From contig CAYVUX010000001.1 of NCBI GenBank assembly GCA_964455075.1, forward strand, positions 1 through 34,054: a stretch of DNA of 34,054 bases, read 5' to 3'. Each line of letters opens with the position of its first letter. Within the stretch, counting starts at the first letter, position 1. Positions 7,027-16,182 of the stretch are shown piece by piece. The notes below the pieces were generated by a model, which saw only the letters and a program-made list of their open reading frames with translations, did not search any database and was not told the DNA's origin. A program made the translations under genes and the position numbers. The stretch is from an uncultured Desulfobacteraceae bacterium. GTDB lineage: Bacteria; Desulfobacterota; DSM-4660; Desulfatiglandales; Desulfatiglandaceae.

Positions 7027-9693
7027 ATGGGGCCTTGGGTCTTGGCTGCGGCGCTGCTTCTGAGCCTGGTTGCGCTGCCGGGGTCTTCGGGAAAGGCAAA
7101 GGCACAGGAACCGGCGGCCTTCGCCGTACTCCCTTTCCAAGTTCACGCAGTTGAACCCCTCGATCATCTGCGTCTTGGGGTCCAGGACATGCTGACCGCT
7201 CGTGTCGGAAGTCGAGGACTGGATGCTCTGGATCCCGGGATTGTGAACAAACATCCCATGGCTTTTGCCCCGGATCTGAGCCATGAGCAACTTCGCCGGG
7301 TAGGCTTGGACCTCAACGCCAAGTGGATTGCTTCCGGAAGCGCTACACAGATTGGCGAGAAAATCAGCGTGGATCTCACCGTGGTGGATGTTGAGGAGGA
7401 GAGACCGCCTCTCTTGTTTTTTATGGTTGCAGAGAATGCCCACATGCTGCCGGAGACTGTAGGGCGGCTTGCGGCCAGCATCTACAACGAGATTTCGGGC
7501 GTGGTCCAGGTTGATTCTGTCCGGGTCGCCGGGAACCAGCGGATCGAAGCAGACGCCGTTCTCGCCGTGATTGAGACAGATAAGGGGGATCCGTTCGATC
7601 AGGAGCAGCTGGACAAAGACCTGAGAAGCGTTTTCAAGATGGGCTATTTCATGGATGTGGAGATTGAAACAGAGGAAGGTGCGAAGGGGAGGATAATTAC
7701 CTTTAGGGTCTCTGAAAAGCCGAGCATCGGAGGAATCGTTTTTGAAGGCAATGAGGAAGTCGAAGATGACGTGCTGAAAAAGGAGATCGGAATCAGTCTC
7801 TATTCAATCCTGGATCGAAACAAAGTAAAACAGAGCATAAACAGGTTGAAAGAATATTATCGCCAGGAAGCCTATTACAACGTCCAGATCGAGGAGGAAA
7901 TCAGCCCTCTTCCGGAGAACCAGGTTCTCTTGAAGTACAAAATCAACGAGAGTGAAAAGGTGTTTGTCCGTGAGATCCGATTTGAAGGGAACAAGCATTT
8001 CGATGATGATAAACTGAGAGATATCATGGAGACTTCGGAAAAGGGTTTTTTTTCCTGGATTACGGATTCCGGATATCTTGACACGAAGAAGTTGGAGTTC
8101 GATACACACAAGATCGCCTCCTTTTACCACAATAACGGTTTCATTAAGGCCAAAGTGGGGGACCCGCAGGTCGAATACAAGAAAAGCCTTGGGCTGGTTA
8201 TCACCATTGAGATCGAAGAGGGGGAAAAATACAAGGTCGATAACGTTGATTTTAGGGGGGAGCTGATAGAGCCCGAGGAAGAACTTCTGAAAAGGGTTAT
8301 GATCGATCAGGAGGAGGTTTTCAGGAGAGAAACCCTGAGAAGAGATGTCCTGGAATTGAAGGAGCTCTATGCAGCGCAGGGCTATGCCTATAGCGAAGTG
8401 GTGCCTCTTACTCGGGAAGACGATGAGGCCCATTTGGTTGACATTACGTACAATATCTCCAAGGGAGCAAAGGTGAAGTTCGAACGAATCAATATTTCCG
8501 GAAATGAGGTCACCCGGGACAAAGTGATTCGGCGCGAGCTGAAGGTGGAAGAGGGCGAATATTTCGACGGCGAGGCCCTGAAGCGAAGCACGGAGAACCT
8601 CAACAGGCTCGGCTACTTCGAGGATGTGGAGATACAAACAAAGAAGGGCAGCGAAGAAGACTTGATGGTTCTTGATATCAAGGTGAAGGAGCGGCCTACC
8701 GGAAGTTTCAGTTTCGGAGCCGGATACAGCTCCGTGGACGATGTGATCGGTACGGCAAGAGTGGAGCAGGACAATCTCTTTGGGTATGGCCAGAGTTTGT
8801 TTGCGGCGATTCGCATTGGAGGCCGAAGCAACGAGTTCGAGGTTCGCTTCACAGAGCCCTGGCTCATGAATCGGCCGATCTCCGGAACGCTGGGCGCATA
8901 TAAATGGGAGAGAGAATACGACGAATACACAAAGGATGCATTCGGAGGTACGGCTGCGATTGGTTACCCGCTGAATATGTTCGATGACTATACGCGCGGT
9001 TGGACGGAGTATCGTTATGAGGATGCCGACGTCACGGATGTGGATGATGATGCATCCTACTTCTTGCGGCAAATGGAAGGAAGGAGCGTCACCAGCAGCA
9101 TCACGGTGGGAATCAGGAGAAACTCTACGGACAAGCCATGGAACACGTCCAAAGGCTCTATCAACAGCTTGTCCGTTGAATATGCAGGAGGCCCTCTGGG
9201 AGGCGACAATTATTTCAACAAATACCTGGCCAGGACCACCTGGTTTTTTCCGCTGCCATGGGACACGGTGTTCATGGTTCAAGGAAGATGGGGATATATT
9301 AAAGAACGATCGGGCGGGGATTTGCCCGTTTATGAAAAGTTTTTCCTCGGCGGAATGAATTCGGTACGCGGATTTGACTATGCGGACATTTCACCCCGGG
9401 ATGCGGTGACAGGGGACAAGGTCGGCGGCGAAAAGATGATGTGCTACAACGTCGAATACCGGTTCCCGCTCATTAAGGATCAGGGAGTGATAGGGCTTGT
9501 CTTTTTCGACGCAGGGAAAGTGACCACTTCCGAGCCGGGGACAGTGGACAGAAAACTGGGAACCAGCGTAGGCGCGGGAGTTCGCTGGTATTCTCCGATG
9601 GGCCCGCTTCGTCTTGAATGGGGATACAATCTGGATCCGCAATTTGACGAAGACTCGAGCCAGGTGGAATTCAGTATTGGAACGATGTTTTGA
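7027..9693 (+). CDS. bamA: outer membrane protein assembly factor BamA (Omp85 family) with an extra N-terminal module
   Basis: The track ORF starts at 6967, but ATG 7027 opens a signal peptide (MGPWVLAAALLLSLVALPGSSGKAKAQ). POTRA repeats start near VDSVRVAGNQRIEADAVLAVIETDKGDPFD. The C-terminal barrel ends ...VEFSIGTMF, with an aromatic final residue. Confidence 0.9.
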   Translation: MGPWVLAAALLLSLVALPGSSGKAKAQEPAAFAVLPFQVHAVEPLDHLRLGVQDMLTARVGSRGLDALDPGIVNKHPMAFAPDLSHEQLRRVGLDLNAKWIASGSATQIGEKISVDLTVVDVEEERPPLLFFMVAENAHMLPETVGRLAASIYNEISGVVQVDSVRVAGNQRIEADAVLAVIETDKGDPFDQEQLDKDLRSVFKMGYFMDVEIETEEGAKGRIITFRVSEKPSIGGIVFEGNEEVEDDVLKKEIGISLYSILDRNKVKQSINRLKEYYRQEAYYNVQIEEEISPLPENQVLLKYKINESEKVFVREIRFEGNKHFDDDKLRDIMETSEKGFFSWITDSGYLDTKKLEFDTHKIASFYHNNGFIKAKVGDPQVEYKKSLGLVITIEIEEGEKYKVDNVDFRGELIEPEEELLKRVMIDQEEVFRRETLRRDVLELKELYAAQGYAYSEVVPLTREDDEAHLVDITYNISKGAKVKFERINISGNEVTRDKVIRRELKVEEGEYFDGEALKRSTENLNRLGYFEDVEIQTKKGSEEDLMVLDIKVKERPTGSFSFGAGYSSVDDVIGTARVEQDNLFGYGQSLFAAIRIGGRSNEFEVRFTEPWLMNRPISGTLGAYKWEREYDEYTKDAFGGTAAIGYPLNMFDDYTRGWTEYRYEDADVTDVDDDASYFLRQMEGRSVTSSITVGIRRNSTDKPWNTSKGSINSLSVEYAGGPLGGDNYFNKYLARTTWFFPLPWDTVFMVQGRWGYIKERSGGDLPVYEKFFLGGMNSVRGFDYADISPRDAVTGDKVGGEKMMCYNVEYRFPLIKDQGVIGLVFFDAGKVTTSEPGTVDRKLGTSVGAGVRWYSPMGPLRLEWGYNLDPQFDEDSSQVEFSIGTMF

Positions 9694-9841
9694 TGAACTC
9701 GGGTCCGCTATGCTTATCGGCTGATGGCCACCTTGGTATTTGGGAGCCGGGCGGCTGAGACCCGACATATGATTGAGGAATAAAAACAAACACAACCCCG
9801 GGCGAGTAAACCCCGGTTTCTGCATTTTGAGGAGGAAAGCT

Positions 9842-10369
9842 ATGAAAAGGTTCATGTTGCCCTTCGGCTTGCTTGTTCTGCTGATCTCTACGCCGTTCGG
9901 CGTATCCATGGCTGCAGATTTAAAAATAGGAGTTACCGATCTTCAACGCTGCATCACCGAGTCCGAAGAGGGAAAGCGTGTGTATCAAGAGTTGAAAAAG
10001 AAGAAGGACGACATGCAGTCGAAACTGGACGAACGCCAGGACGTGCTGTTGAAGCTGAAGGAAGAATTAGAGATGCAGAGCATGATGCTGAGCATGGATG
10101 CAAAAGAGGATAAAGCCAAGGAGTTCGAGAGGAGAAAGCGTGAGTTCAAGTATTTCTACGAGGATCTCAACGATCAGATGCAGAAGGCGGAATCCGAAGC
10201 CAGAGAAGCCATGCTGAAGGATCTCGAGAAAGTAGTTGAGGAATTCGGGAAGAAAAACGGATTCACAATGATCTTTGAAAGACGCAGCAGCGGGATCATG
10301 TATCTTGAAACCGCGATAGACATCACGGACAAGATAATCGAAGCGTATAACAAAATGAAAGGGCAATAA
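9842..10369 (+). CDS. skp: OmpH/Skp family periplasmic chaperone
   Basis: An internal ATG at 9842 is preceded by GAGGAGGAAAGCT. It has a signal peptide (MKRFMLPFGLLVLLISTPFGVSMA) and a K/E-rich coiled-coil body. It sits in the canonical position between bamA and lpxD. Confidence 0.85.
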   Translation: MKRFMLPFGLLVLLISTPFGVSMAADLKIGVTDLQRCITESEEGKRVYQELKKKKDDMQSKLDERQDVLLKLKEELEMQSMMLSMDAKEDKAKEFERRKREFKYFYEDLNDQMQKAESEAREAMLKDLEKVVEEFGKKNGFTMIFERRSSGIMYLETAIDITDKIIEAYNKMKGQ

Positions 10370-10378
10370 CCCTGATCG

Positions 10379-10395
10379 GAGTCCATCCACGAATT
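10379..10395 (+). repeat. 17-nt motif GAGTCCATCCACGAATT, a third occurrence of the 3'-flank motif of the repeat element
   Basis: 16/17 identical to the reverse complement of 3511-3527 (GAGCCCATCCACGAATT). It also resembles 30727-30743 (GCCCATCCACACGAATC) in copy 2. It lies in the skp-lpxD spacer, 10 nt after the skp stop. Confidence 0.6.
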
Positions 10396-10502
10396 GTATC
10401 GGAGCGGAAGCATCGTCCAATTCGGAGACATCTGAAAAATGCGTCCGCAAAGAACGCTGCCGTTTAATGACGAAACGGATGGAGAATAGCTGAGGCCAAC
10501 CC

Positions 10503-11537
10503 GTGAAAGTATCGCTTGCGAAACTTGCCGCCATGGTCAAAGGACGTATTCTCGGGGACGAGGAGACTTTGATCACGGGGGTGAACGCCCTGGATCGCGC
10601 GTGTCCGGGAGATATCGTTTTCCTATCCGACATGCGACACAAAGACCGATTGCAGGAAACGAACGCCTCCGCCGTCATCCTGTCGGAGAAGGCGGAAAAT
10701 TTCGAGGGGGCGCAATTGTTGGTGGACAACCCGTCATTGGCTTATGCCAAGGTGGCCGGCGTCTTTTCCGCCCCGCTTCCGAGATATCCGGGGATCAGCG
10801 AGCGGGCGGTGGTCCATGAATCAACCCATATCGGCCGGAATGTTTCCATATACCCCTTTGCGCATGTAGGGGAAGATGTGGTCATCGGAGACGATACGGT
10901 GATCTTTCCGGGGGGGTTCATCGGAGACCGGGTGGAGATTGGAAGCAGAACCGTTCTCCATGCCAATGTGAGCGTTCTGCATGACTGCAAGATTGGAAAT
11001 GATGTGATTATCCATGCCGGGACGGTCATTGGAGCGGATGGCTTCGGCTTCGCCCGGGAAGGAAGCCGGCATATCAGGATACCCCAGATGGGAATCGTCC
11101 AAATTGACGATCGCGTGGAGTTGGGTGCAAACAACTGTGTGGATCGCGCGACGTTCGGAGAGACCCGGATCAAGGCAGGTGTCAAAACGGACAATTTCGT
11201 CCATGTGGGACACAATGTGATGATCGGTGAGGATGCGCTCCTGGTAGCGCAGGTTGGAATTGCAGGGAGCGTCAAGATCGGTCGAGAAGTGATTGTTGGG
11301 CCCCAGGCGGGGTTCCGGGATCATGTGGAGGTAGGAGACAGGAGTATGATCGGCCCTCGATGCGGTGTGGTCAAGTCCGTCCCTCCGGGGGAGGTCGTGT
11401 CGGGGTATCCGGCCATTCCTCACCGTTTGTGGCTGAAAGTCTCGAAGTTGATTCCAAGGCTTCCCGAGTTCAACCAGCGGATCCGTCATCTCGAAAAGAG
11501 AATGAAAGAGCTGAAAATCGGGACGGAAAAGGAATGA
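10503..11537 (+). CDS. lpxD: UDP-3-O-acylglucosamine N-acyltransferase
   Basis: GTG start. The N-terminus reads MKVSLAKLAAMVKGRILGDEETLITGVNALDRACPGDIVFLSD. It has left-handed beta-helix hexapeptide repeats. Its stop overlaps the fabZ start (ATGA). Confidence 0.92.
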   Translation: MKVSLAKLAAMVKGRILGDEETLITGVNALDRACPGDIVFLSDMRHKDRLQETNASAVILSEKAENFEGAQLLVDNPSLAYAKVAGVFSAPLPRYPGISERAVVHESTHIGRNVSIYPFAHVGEDVVIGDDTVIFPGGFIGDRVEIGSRTVLHANVSVLHDCKIGNDVIIHAGTVIGADGFGFAREGSRHIRIPQMGIVQIDDRVELGANNCVDRATFGETRIKAGVKTDNFVHVGHNVMIGEDALLVAQVGIAGSVKIGREVIVGPQAGFRDHVEVGDRSMIGPRCGVVKSVPPGEVVSGYPAIPHRLWLKVSKLIPRLPEFNQRIRHLEKRMKELKIGTEKE

Positions 11538-11992
11538 ACATGGACATGGAACTGCCTCTTACCTATCGGGATATCGTCAAAATCCTGCCGCATCGTCACC
11601 CCTTTTTGCTGGTGGATCGAATTATCGAATTGGAAACCGGACTCCGTGTGGTTGGGATCAAAAACGTGACGGTGGATGAACCCTTCTTTCAAGGCCACTT
11701 TCCCGGTCGGCCCATCATGCCCGGCGTCCTTATTGTGGAAGGGATGGCGCAGGTGGGGGGCATTATGGCCAGGCTGTCCGTCCCGGGAGCAATGGAAACG
11801 AAAGACGAGGACGCCATATATTTCATTTCCATGGACAAGGTCAAGTTTCGCAAGCCGGTGATTCCAGGAGACCAATTAAGATTTGAACTCAGGGCCCTCA
11901 GAAAGGGTTCCAGGGTATGGAAAATGAAAGGTACGGCACACGTGGATTCGGATCTGGTGGCGGAAGCGGAACTTGTGGCCGCCATTTCATAA
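11534..11992 (+). CDS. fabZ: 3-hydroxyacyl-ACP dehydratase
   Basis: An internal ATG at 11534 overlaps the lpxD stop. The sequence reads MNMDMELPLTYRDIVKILPHRHPFLLVDRI...EPFFQGHFPGRPIMPGVLIVEGMAQ. Confidence 0.93.
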   Translation: MNMDMELPLTYRDIVKILPHRHPFLLVDRIIELETGLRVVGIKNVTVDEPFFQGHFPGRPIMPGVLIVEGMAQVGGIMARLSVPGAMETKDEDAIYFISMDKVKFRKPVIPGDQLRFELRALRKGSRVWKMKGTAHVDSDLVAEAELVAAIS

Positions 11993-12067
11993 AAGCAATC
12001 CAGCGCCGGAGGTTCTCGGACTCCAGGCTCATTGTGTGCCCTGCGCTCCGGAGCCGGGAGGAGAAAC

Positions 12068-12841
12068 ATGGACATCCATCCCTCGGCCGTAATCAGCCCC
12101 CGTGCGGAACTGGACAGCGGGGTGAAGATCGGCCCCTACAGCATCGTTGGAGACCGGGTAAAGATCGGTCGCGATACGGTCCTGGACTCCAACGTAGTCC
12201 TGGACGGCAATACGGAGATCGGAAAAGAAAACAGAATCTACTCCTTTGTGTCTCTGGGTACAGCCCCTCAGGACGTGGGATATCGTGGTGAGGACACCCG
12301 CCTCACAATCGGAAGTGGGAACGTGATTCGGGAGTTTGTCACCATCAACCGGGCCACGACCAAAGAAGAATGGAAAACCACGGTGGGCGACAGAAACTAC
12401 ATCATGGCCTATGCCCATATCGCCCACGACAGCCTGATAGGCAATGATGTGATTATGGCCAATGCCGCGACTCTCGGTGGGCATGTGGAGATAGGCGACC
12501 ACGCTGTTCTGGGAGGATTGGTCGCGGTCCATCAGTTTGTACGGATCGGATCCCATGCATTTATTGGAGGGCACACGGCGGTTGCCCAGGACATTCCGCC
12601 TTTCATGCTCACCAGTGGGCACAGGGCAAGACTCTTCGGCATTAACCGGAAAGGGCTCGAACGGGCCGGACTCAGCCCGAAAACCATTGAAGGCCTGAAG
12701 AAAGCTTACCGGATCATCTGGCGGGACAAGGGAAAGTTGTCCCAGGCCCTGGAAAAGGTCAGGGCCGAGGTCCCGCCTTCTCCTGAACTGGACTTGCTCT
12801 TGAAGTTCTTTCACGGCTCCAAGCGGGGAGTGGTACGCTGA
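12068..12841 (+). CDS. lpxA: acyl-ACP--UDP-N-acetylglucosamine O-acyltransferase
   Basis: ATG 12068 follows GGAGGAGAAAC. The sequence starts MDIHPSAVISPRAELDSGVKIGPYSIVGDRVKIG and continues with hexapeptide repeats. The C-terminal helical domain has the LpxA pattern. Confidence 0.92.
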   Translation: MDIHPSAVISPRAELDSGVKIGPYSIVGDRVKIGRDTVLDSNVVLDGNTEIGKENRIYSFVSLGTAPQDVGYRGEDTRLTIGSGNVIREFVTINRATTKEEWKTTVGDRNYIMAYAHIAHDSLIGNDVIMANAATLGGHVEIGDHAVLGGLVAVHQFVRIGSHAFIGGHTAVAQDIPPFMLTSGHRARLFGINRKGLERAGLSPKTIEGLKKAYRIIWRDKGKLSQALEKVRAEVPPSPELDLLLKFFHGSKRGVVR

Positions 12842-12863
12842 CAAGGCGGCATAAGATAGGACC

Positions 12864-13703
12864 ATGTCGGGAGTTGAAAAAGACAGGGACGAAGTCATCG
12901 GCCTGATTGCGGGAGGCGGGAAATTTCCTTGGATGGTTGCCCGTGCCGCAAGGAGGCAAGGTGTCCGTGTGGCTGCCGTGGCTCATCGTGGAGAGACGGA
13001 TCCCGCCTTAGCGGAAAACGTTGATGAGATACGATGGGTGAGGCTCGGGCAGCTTGGAGGGATGGTCAAGGCCCTCAGAAAAATGGGCGTTCATAAGGCC
13101 TTGATGGCGGGCACCATATCCAAGAAGCGTATGTTTGTGGATCTTCGACCGGATTTTCGTGGTGCGGCTTTCATTTCGAAACGGGCGATTCTGCATGATG
13201 ACGATGTTCTGCGTGCCCTCGCACAAGAGCTTTCTGAGGAGGGGATTGAGATCGTCAGTTCGACCGCTTACCTGCCTGAGCTTATGGCCCCGATCGGATG
13301 CCTTACCAAGAAAAGGCCCGGGAAGAGGGAAAGCGAGGATATACAGTTGGGATGGCGGATTGCCAAGGAGTTGGGCCGCTTGGATATCGGGCAATGTGTT
13401 GTGTTAAGAAACAGGACCATCCTGGCCCTTGAAGCCATAGAAGGCACGGACTGCACGATTCGCAGAGGGGGTGAGTTGGCGCGGGAAAAGGCCGTAGTCG
13501 TAAAGGTGAGCAAACCGAATCAGGACCTTCGCTTTGATATGCCCACCGTCGGCCTTGAAACCCTGCGCGTCATGATCGAAGTAAAGGCGTCGGTGTTGGC
13601 CATTGAGGCAGGGAAGACCCTAGTGATCGACAGGGATGAGATGATTGCCGGTGCAGACAGGGCCAGGATAGCTATTGTCTCCTTGGAAAAATCCGATTCG
13701 TGA
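12864..13703 (+). CDS. lpxI: UDP-2,3-diacylglucosamine pyrophosphatase LpxI (DUF1009 family)
   Basis: 279 aa. It reads IGLIAGGGKFPWMVARAARRQG...LDIGQCVVLRNRTILALEAIEGTDCTIRRGG... It lies between lpxA and lpxB, as in LpxI-type lipid A clusters. Confidence 0.8.
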   Translation: MSGVEKDRDEVIGLIAGGGKFPWMVARAARRQGVRVAAVAHRGETDPALAENVDEIRWVRLGQLGGMVKALRKMGVHKALMAGTISKKRMFVDLRPDFRGAAFISKRAILHDDDVLRALAQELSEEGIEIVSSTAYLPELMAPIGCLTKKRPGKRESEDIQLGWRIAKELGRLDIGQCVVLRNRTILALEAIEGTDCTIRRGGELAREKAVVVKVSKPNQDLRFDMPTVGLETLRVMIEVKASVLAIEAGKTLVIDRDEMIAGADRARIAIVSLEKSDS

Positions 13704-13888
13704 CGAAGCGTTCTCAAAAGCGGGACACCATGGCGAAGCAGGAAATGGTTCCGACTGTAATGGACTTCAGAATAAGAGAGGATCAAAGGAACCGTGAGGA
13801 TGCCGTCCGGTATGGTACATCATGAGACCGCCCGGATGATCCCGCCAATACAGGAAGAAAACCAATCAAGCACCGGAACAACGAAAGA

Positions 13889-14866
13889 GTGAAAAGAAAT
13901 ATGTTGCGTGTGGGAGTCATAGGAGTCGGCCACCTGGGCCAATATCACGTGGGAAAGTACCTGAATATTCCGGAGGTGGAGCTTGTAGGCGTTGTGGATG
14001 TCGATCCGATCCGAGCGAGGAAGCTGCAGGAGCGGTGCGGTGTAAAGGCATACAGTGATCACCGGGAAATATTAGACAAAGTCGATGCTGTGAGCATCGC
14101 TGTTCCTACCGAAGCCCATTTCGAAGTAGCCGAGGACGTTCTCTCTGCGGGTGTTCACGCGCTTATCGAAAAGCCGATCACCTACGAACTGGAACGTGCG
14201 GACAGGCTGATTGACTTGGCGCGGGAGAAGAACCTTGTTCTGCAAGTGGGGCTCGTGGAAAGATTTAATCCGGCCGTGGTTAAGATGGAGACGTTTCTCA
14301 ACAAGCCGATGTTCATTGAATCCCATCGGATGAATCTGTTCACCCCGAGAGGAACGGATGTGGATGTGGTTCTGGATCTCATGATTCATGACCTGGACAT
14401 TATCCTGCACGTGATCTCTTCCCCGGTGAAGGAGCTGCATGCTGTGGGCATGTCTGTTATCACTGGAAAAACGGACATTGCCAATGCGAGGCTTATTTTC
14501 GAAAGCGGGACGGTGGCCAACCTGACTGCAAGCCGGGTGTCCAATGAAATGCTGCGAAAGATCCGGGTGTTTCAACCGGACGCATACATTTCGGCCAATT
14601 GCGGGAAACGCCGGTGCACGCTCGTCAGGCTCGACAATGATGTGGTCCAGCCCGGTGTGCACCCGCAACTCAGTTCTCAACAGATGGAATTTCCCGACAG
14701 CGATCCGCTGGCCGATGAGATCGCCTCTTTTGTGGATGTGGTACGCAGAGGCGCCACTCCCGTTGTAACGGGGCAGCACGGAAGAAACGCCCTCAAGATT
14801 GCATTGGAAATCATTGACCAAATCGAGAGAGGGTGCAGGGATTTTGAGTCTGTCTGCCCTTCCTGA
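13889..14866 (+). CDS. Gfo/Idh/MocA family NAD(P)-dependent oxidoreductase embedded in the lpx cluster
   Basis: It has an N-terminal Rossmann motif MLRVGVIGVGHLGQYH. The start is either GTG 13889 or ATG 13901. It also contains an EKP motif (ALIEKPITYEL). Confidence 0.85.
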   Translation: MKRNMLRVGVIGVGHLGQYHVGKYLNIPEVELVGVVDVDPIRARKLQERCGVKAYSDHREILDKVDAVSIAVPTEAHFEVAEDVLSAGVHALIEKPITYELERADRLIDLAREKNLVLQVGLVERFNPAVVKMETFLNKPMFIESHRMNLFTPRGTDVDVVLDLMIHDLDIILHVISSPVKELHAVGMSVITGKTDIANARLIFESGTVANLTASRVSNEMLRKIRVFQPDAYISANCGKRRCTLVRLDNDVVQPGVHPQLSSQQMEFPDSDPLADEIASFVDVVRRGATPVVTGQHGRNALKIALEIIDQIERGCRDFESVCPS

Positions 14867-14915
14867 GCGGGTCCTCGACAGAGGATGGAATTAAAGGCCG
14901 ACGGAAAGTTTTCAA

Positions 14916-16136
14916 ATGCGAGGCCTTCAAAAATCGGAACGGATGACGAGGATGCGGGCGCAGCAAACGGACGCTTCGCGAAAGCCTGCCAGAGATGGAA
15001 AACTCATCCTCATCGTGGCGGGGGAGGCCTCGGCGGATCTCCATGGCGCCAATCTCGTCAAGGCCATGAAACGCTTGAACCCGGAGCTGCAATTCCTGGG
15101 TATCGGCGGAGGCAGGATGGAAAAGGCGGGAGGGCAGACGATCTTTTCCTCCTCTGAGATGGCTGTCGTGGGGTTGACCGAAATCCTCGGACGGATCCGG
15201 ACCATATACAGCGCGGCCAGGAGACTCAAGTCCATCCTCAGGAATCTGGCCCCCGACCTCCTGATTTTGATAGACTATCCCGGTTTCAACATTCACCTTG
15301 CCCGGACCGCCAAGCGGAATCGTGTTCCCGTCCTTTATTACATTACTCCCCAGGTCTGGGCCTGGAGAAGGGGGCGGACCCGAAAAATGGCCCGGCGCAT
15401 TGATCGCTTTTCTGTCATCCTCCCGTTTGAAGAGGACTTTTACAAAAGAAGGGGATTGAGTGTGGAATATGTGGGGCATCCGCTCCTGGACGCCTTCCCC
15501 GGAGTGTTGAAGAAGACGGAGATGGGGCATAAACTGATTAGAGAATGCACTCAGCCGATAATCGGACTGGTGCCCGGGAGCCGGAAAGAGGAGGTGGAGA
15601 AGCTTCTCCCCCCCATGGTGAAGGCCGTGGAGATGCTTGCCCAGGAATATCCCCATCTGGCGTGTATCCTTCCACTGGCTCCAACGCTCGACCGGAAATG
15701 GGCTCAGAACATTCTCGACGAGGCGCCGGTGAAGGTCACAATGATCGAAGGGAATATTTACGAAGCCTTGTCATTGTGCGACCTGGCATTCGTCACATCC
15801 GGGACGGTCACCCTGGAGGTCGCCTTGCTCGAAGTCCCCATGGTGGTGGTTTACAAAATGTCCGGCTTCTCGTTCTGGCTGGCAAGCCGGGTAGTCAAGG
15901 TCCCTCATATCAGCCTGGTCAATCTTGTTGCAGGGAAAGATGTCGTGCCAGAGCTGATTCAGGAAGATGCCGAGCCCCGAAATCTGGTTCGCCATGCACT
16001 GATGATTTTGGAAAATGGGCCCGAGCGGAAACGGATGGTGGACGAGCTCAGGAGAATCCGGCTTCGCCTTGGCCGGGGGGGAGCATCAGAGAAGACGGCC
16101 CGAATCGCTTTGGAAATGATGGAAGCAGGCAACTGA
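14916..16136 (+). CDS. lpxB: lipid-A-disaccharide synthase
   Basis: It reads LILIVAGEASADLHGANLVKAMK...GIGG..M...G, which is typical of LpxB. The start is uncertain among ATG 14916, 14943 and 14952. Confidence 0.9.
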   Translation: MRGLQKSERMTRMRAQQTDASRKPARDGKLILIVAGEASADLHGANLVKAMKRLNPELQFLGIGGGRMEKAGGQTIFSSSEMAVVGLTEILGRIRTIYSAARRLKSILRNLAPDLLILIDYPGFNIHLARTAKRNRVPVLYYITPQVWAWRRGRTRKMARRIDRFSVILPFEEDFYKRRGLSVEYVGHPLLDAFPGVLKKTEMGHKLIRECTQPIIGLVPGSRKEEVEKLLPPMVKAVEMLAQEYPHLACILPLAPTLDRKWAQNILDEAPVKVTMIEGNIYEALSLCDLAFVTSGTVTLEVALLEVPMVVVYKMSGFSFWLASRVVKVPHISLVNLVAGKDVVPELIQEDAEPRNLVRHALMILENGPERKRMVDELRRIRLRLGRGGASEKTARIALEMMEAGN

Positions 16137-16182
16137 CCGAACCAGGCGCCCTTTTGGAAAACCATGGGGCAGGGTATAGACG

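Noticed and set aside
7804-9282. A 492-aa ORF antisense to bamA, plus similar long antisense ORFs at 4076..5053, 1112..2083, 12029..12898, 16048..16818, 27579..28637 and 28767..29636
   Set aside because: Each lies entirely inside a strongly supported gene on the other strand. Their products are low-complexity and unrecognisable. They are typical shadow frames opposite GAR/AAR-rich or GC-rich coding sequence.
9795-9835. The hairpin CCGGG-N9-CCCGG followed by TTTCTGCATTTT as a terminator between bamA and skp
   Set aside because: It has only a 5-bp stem and an interrupted T-run. It also lies inside the normally co-transcribed bamA-skp-lpxD operon, immediately before the skp RBS. It is at best a weak attenuator.
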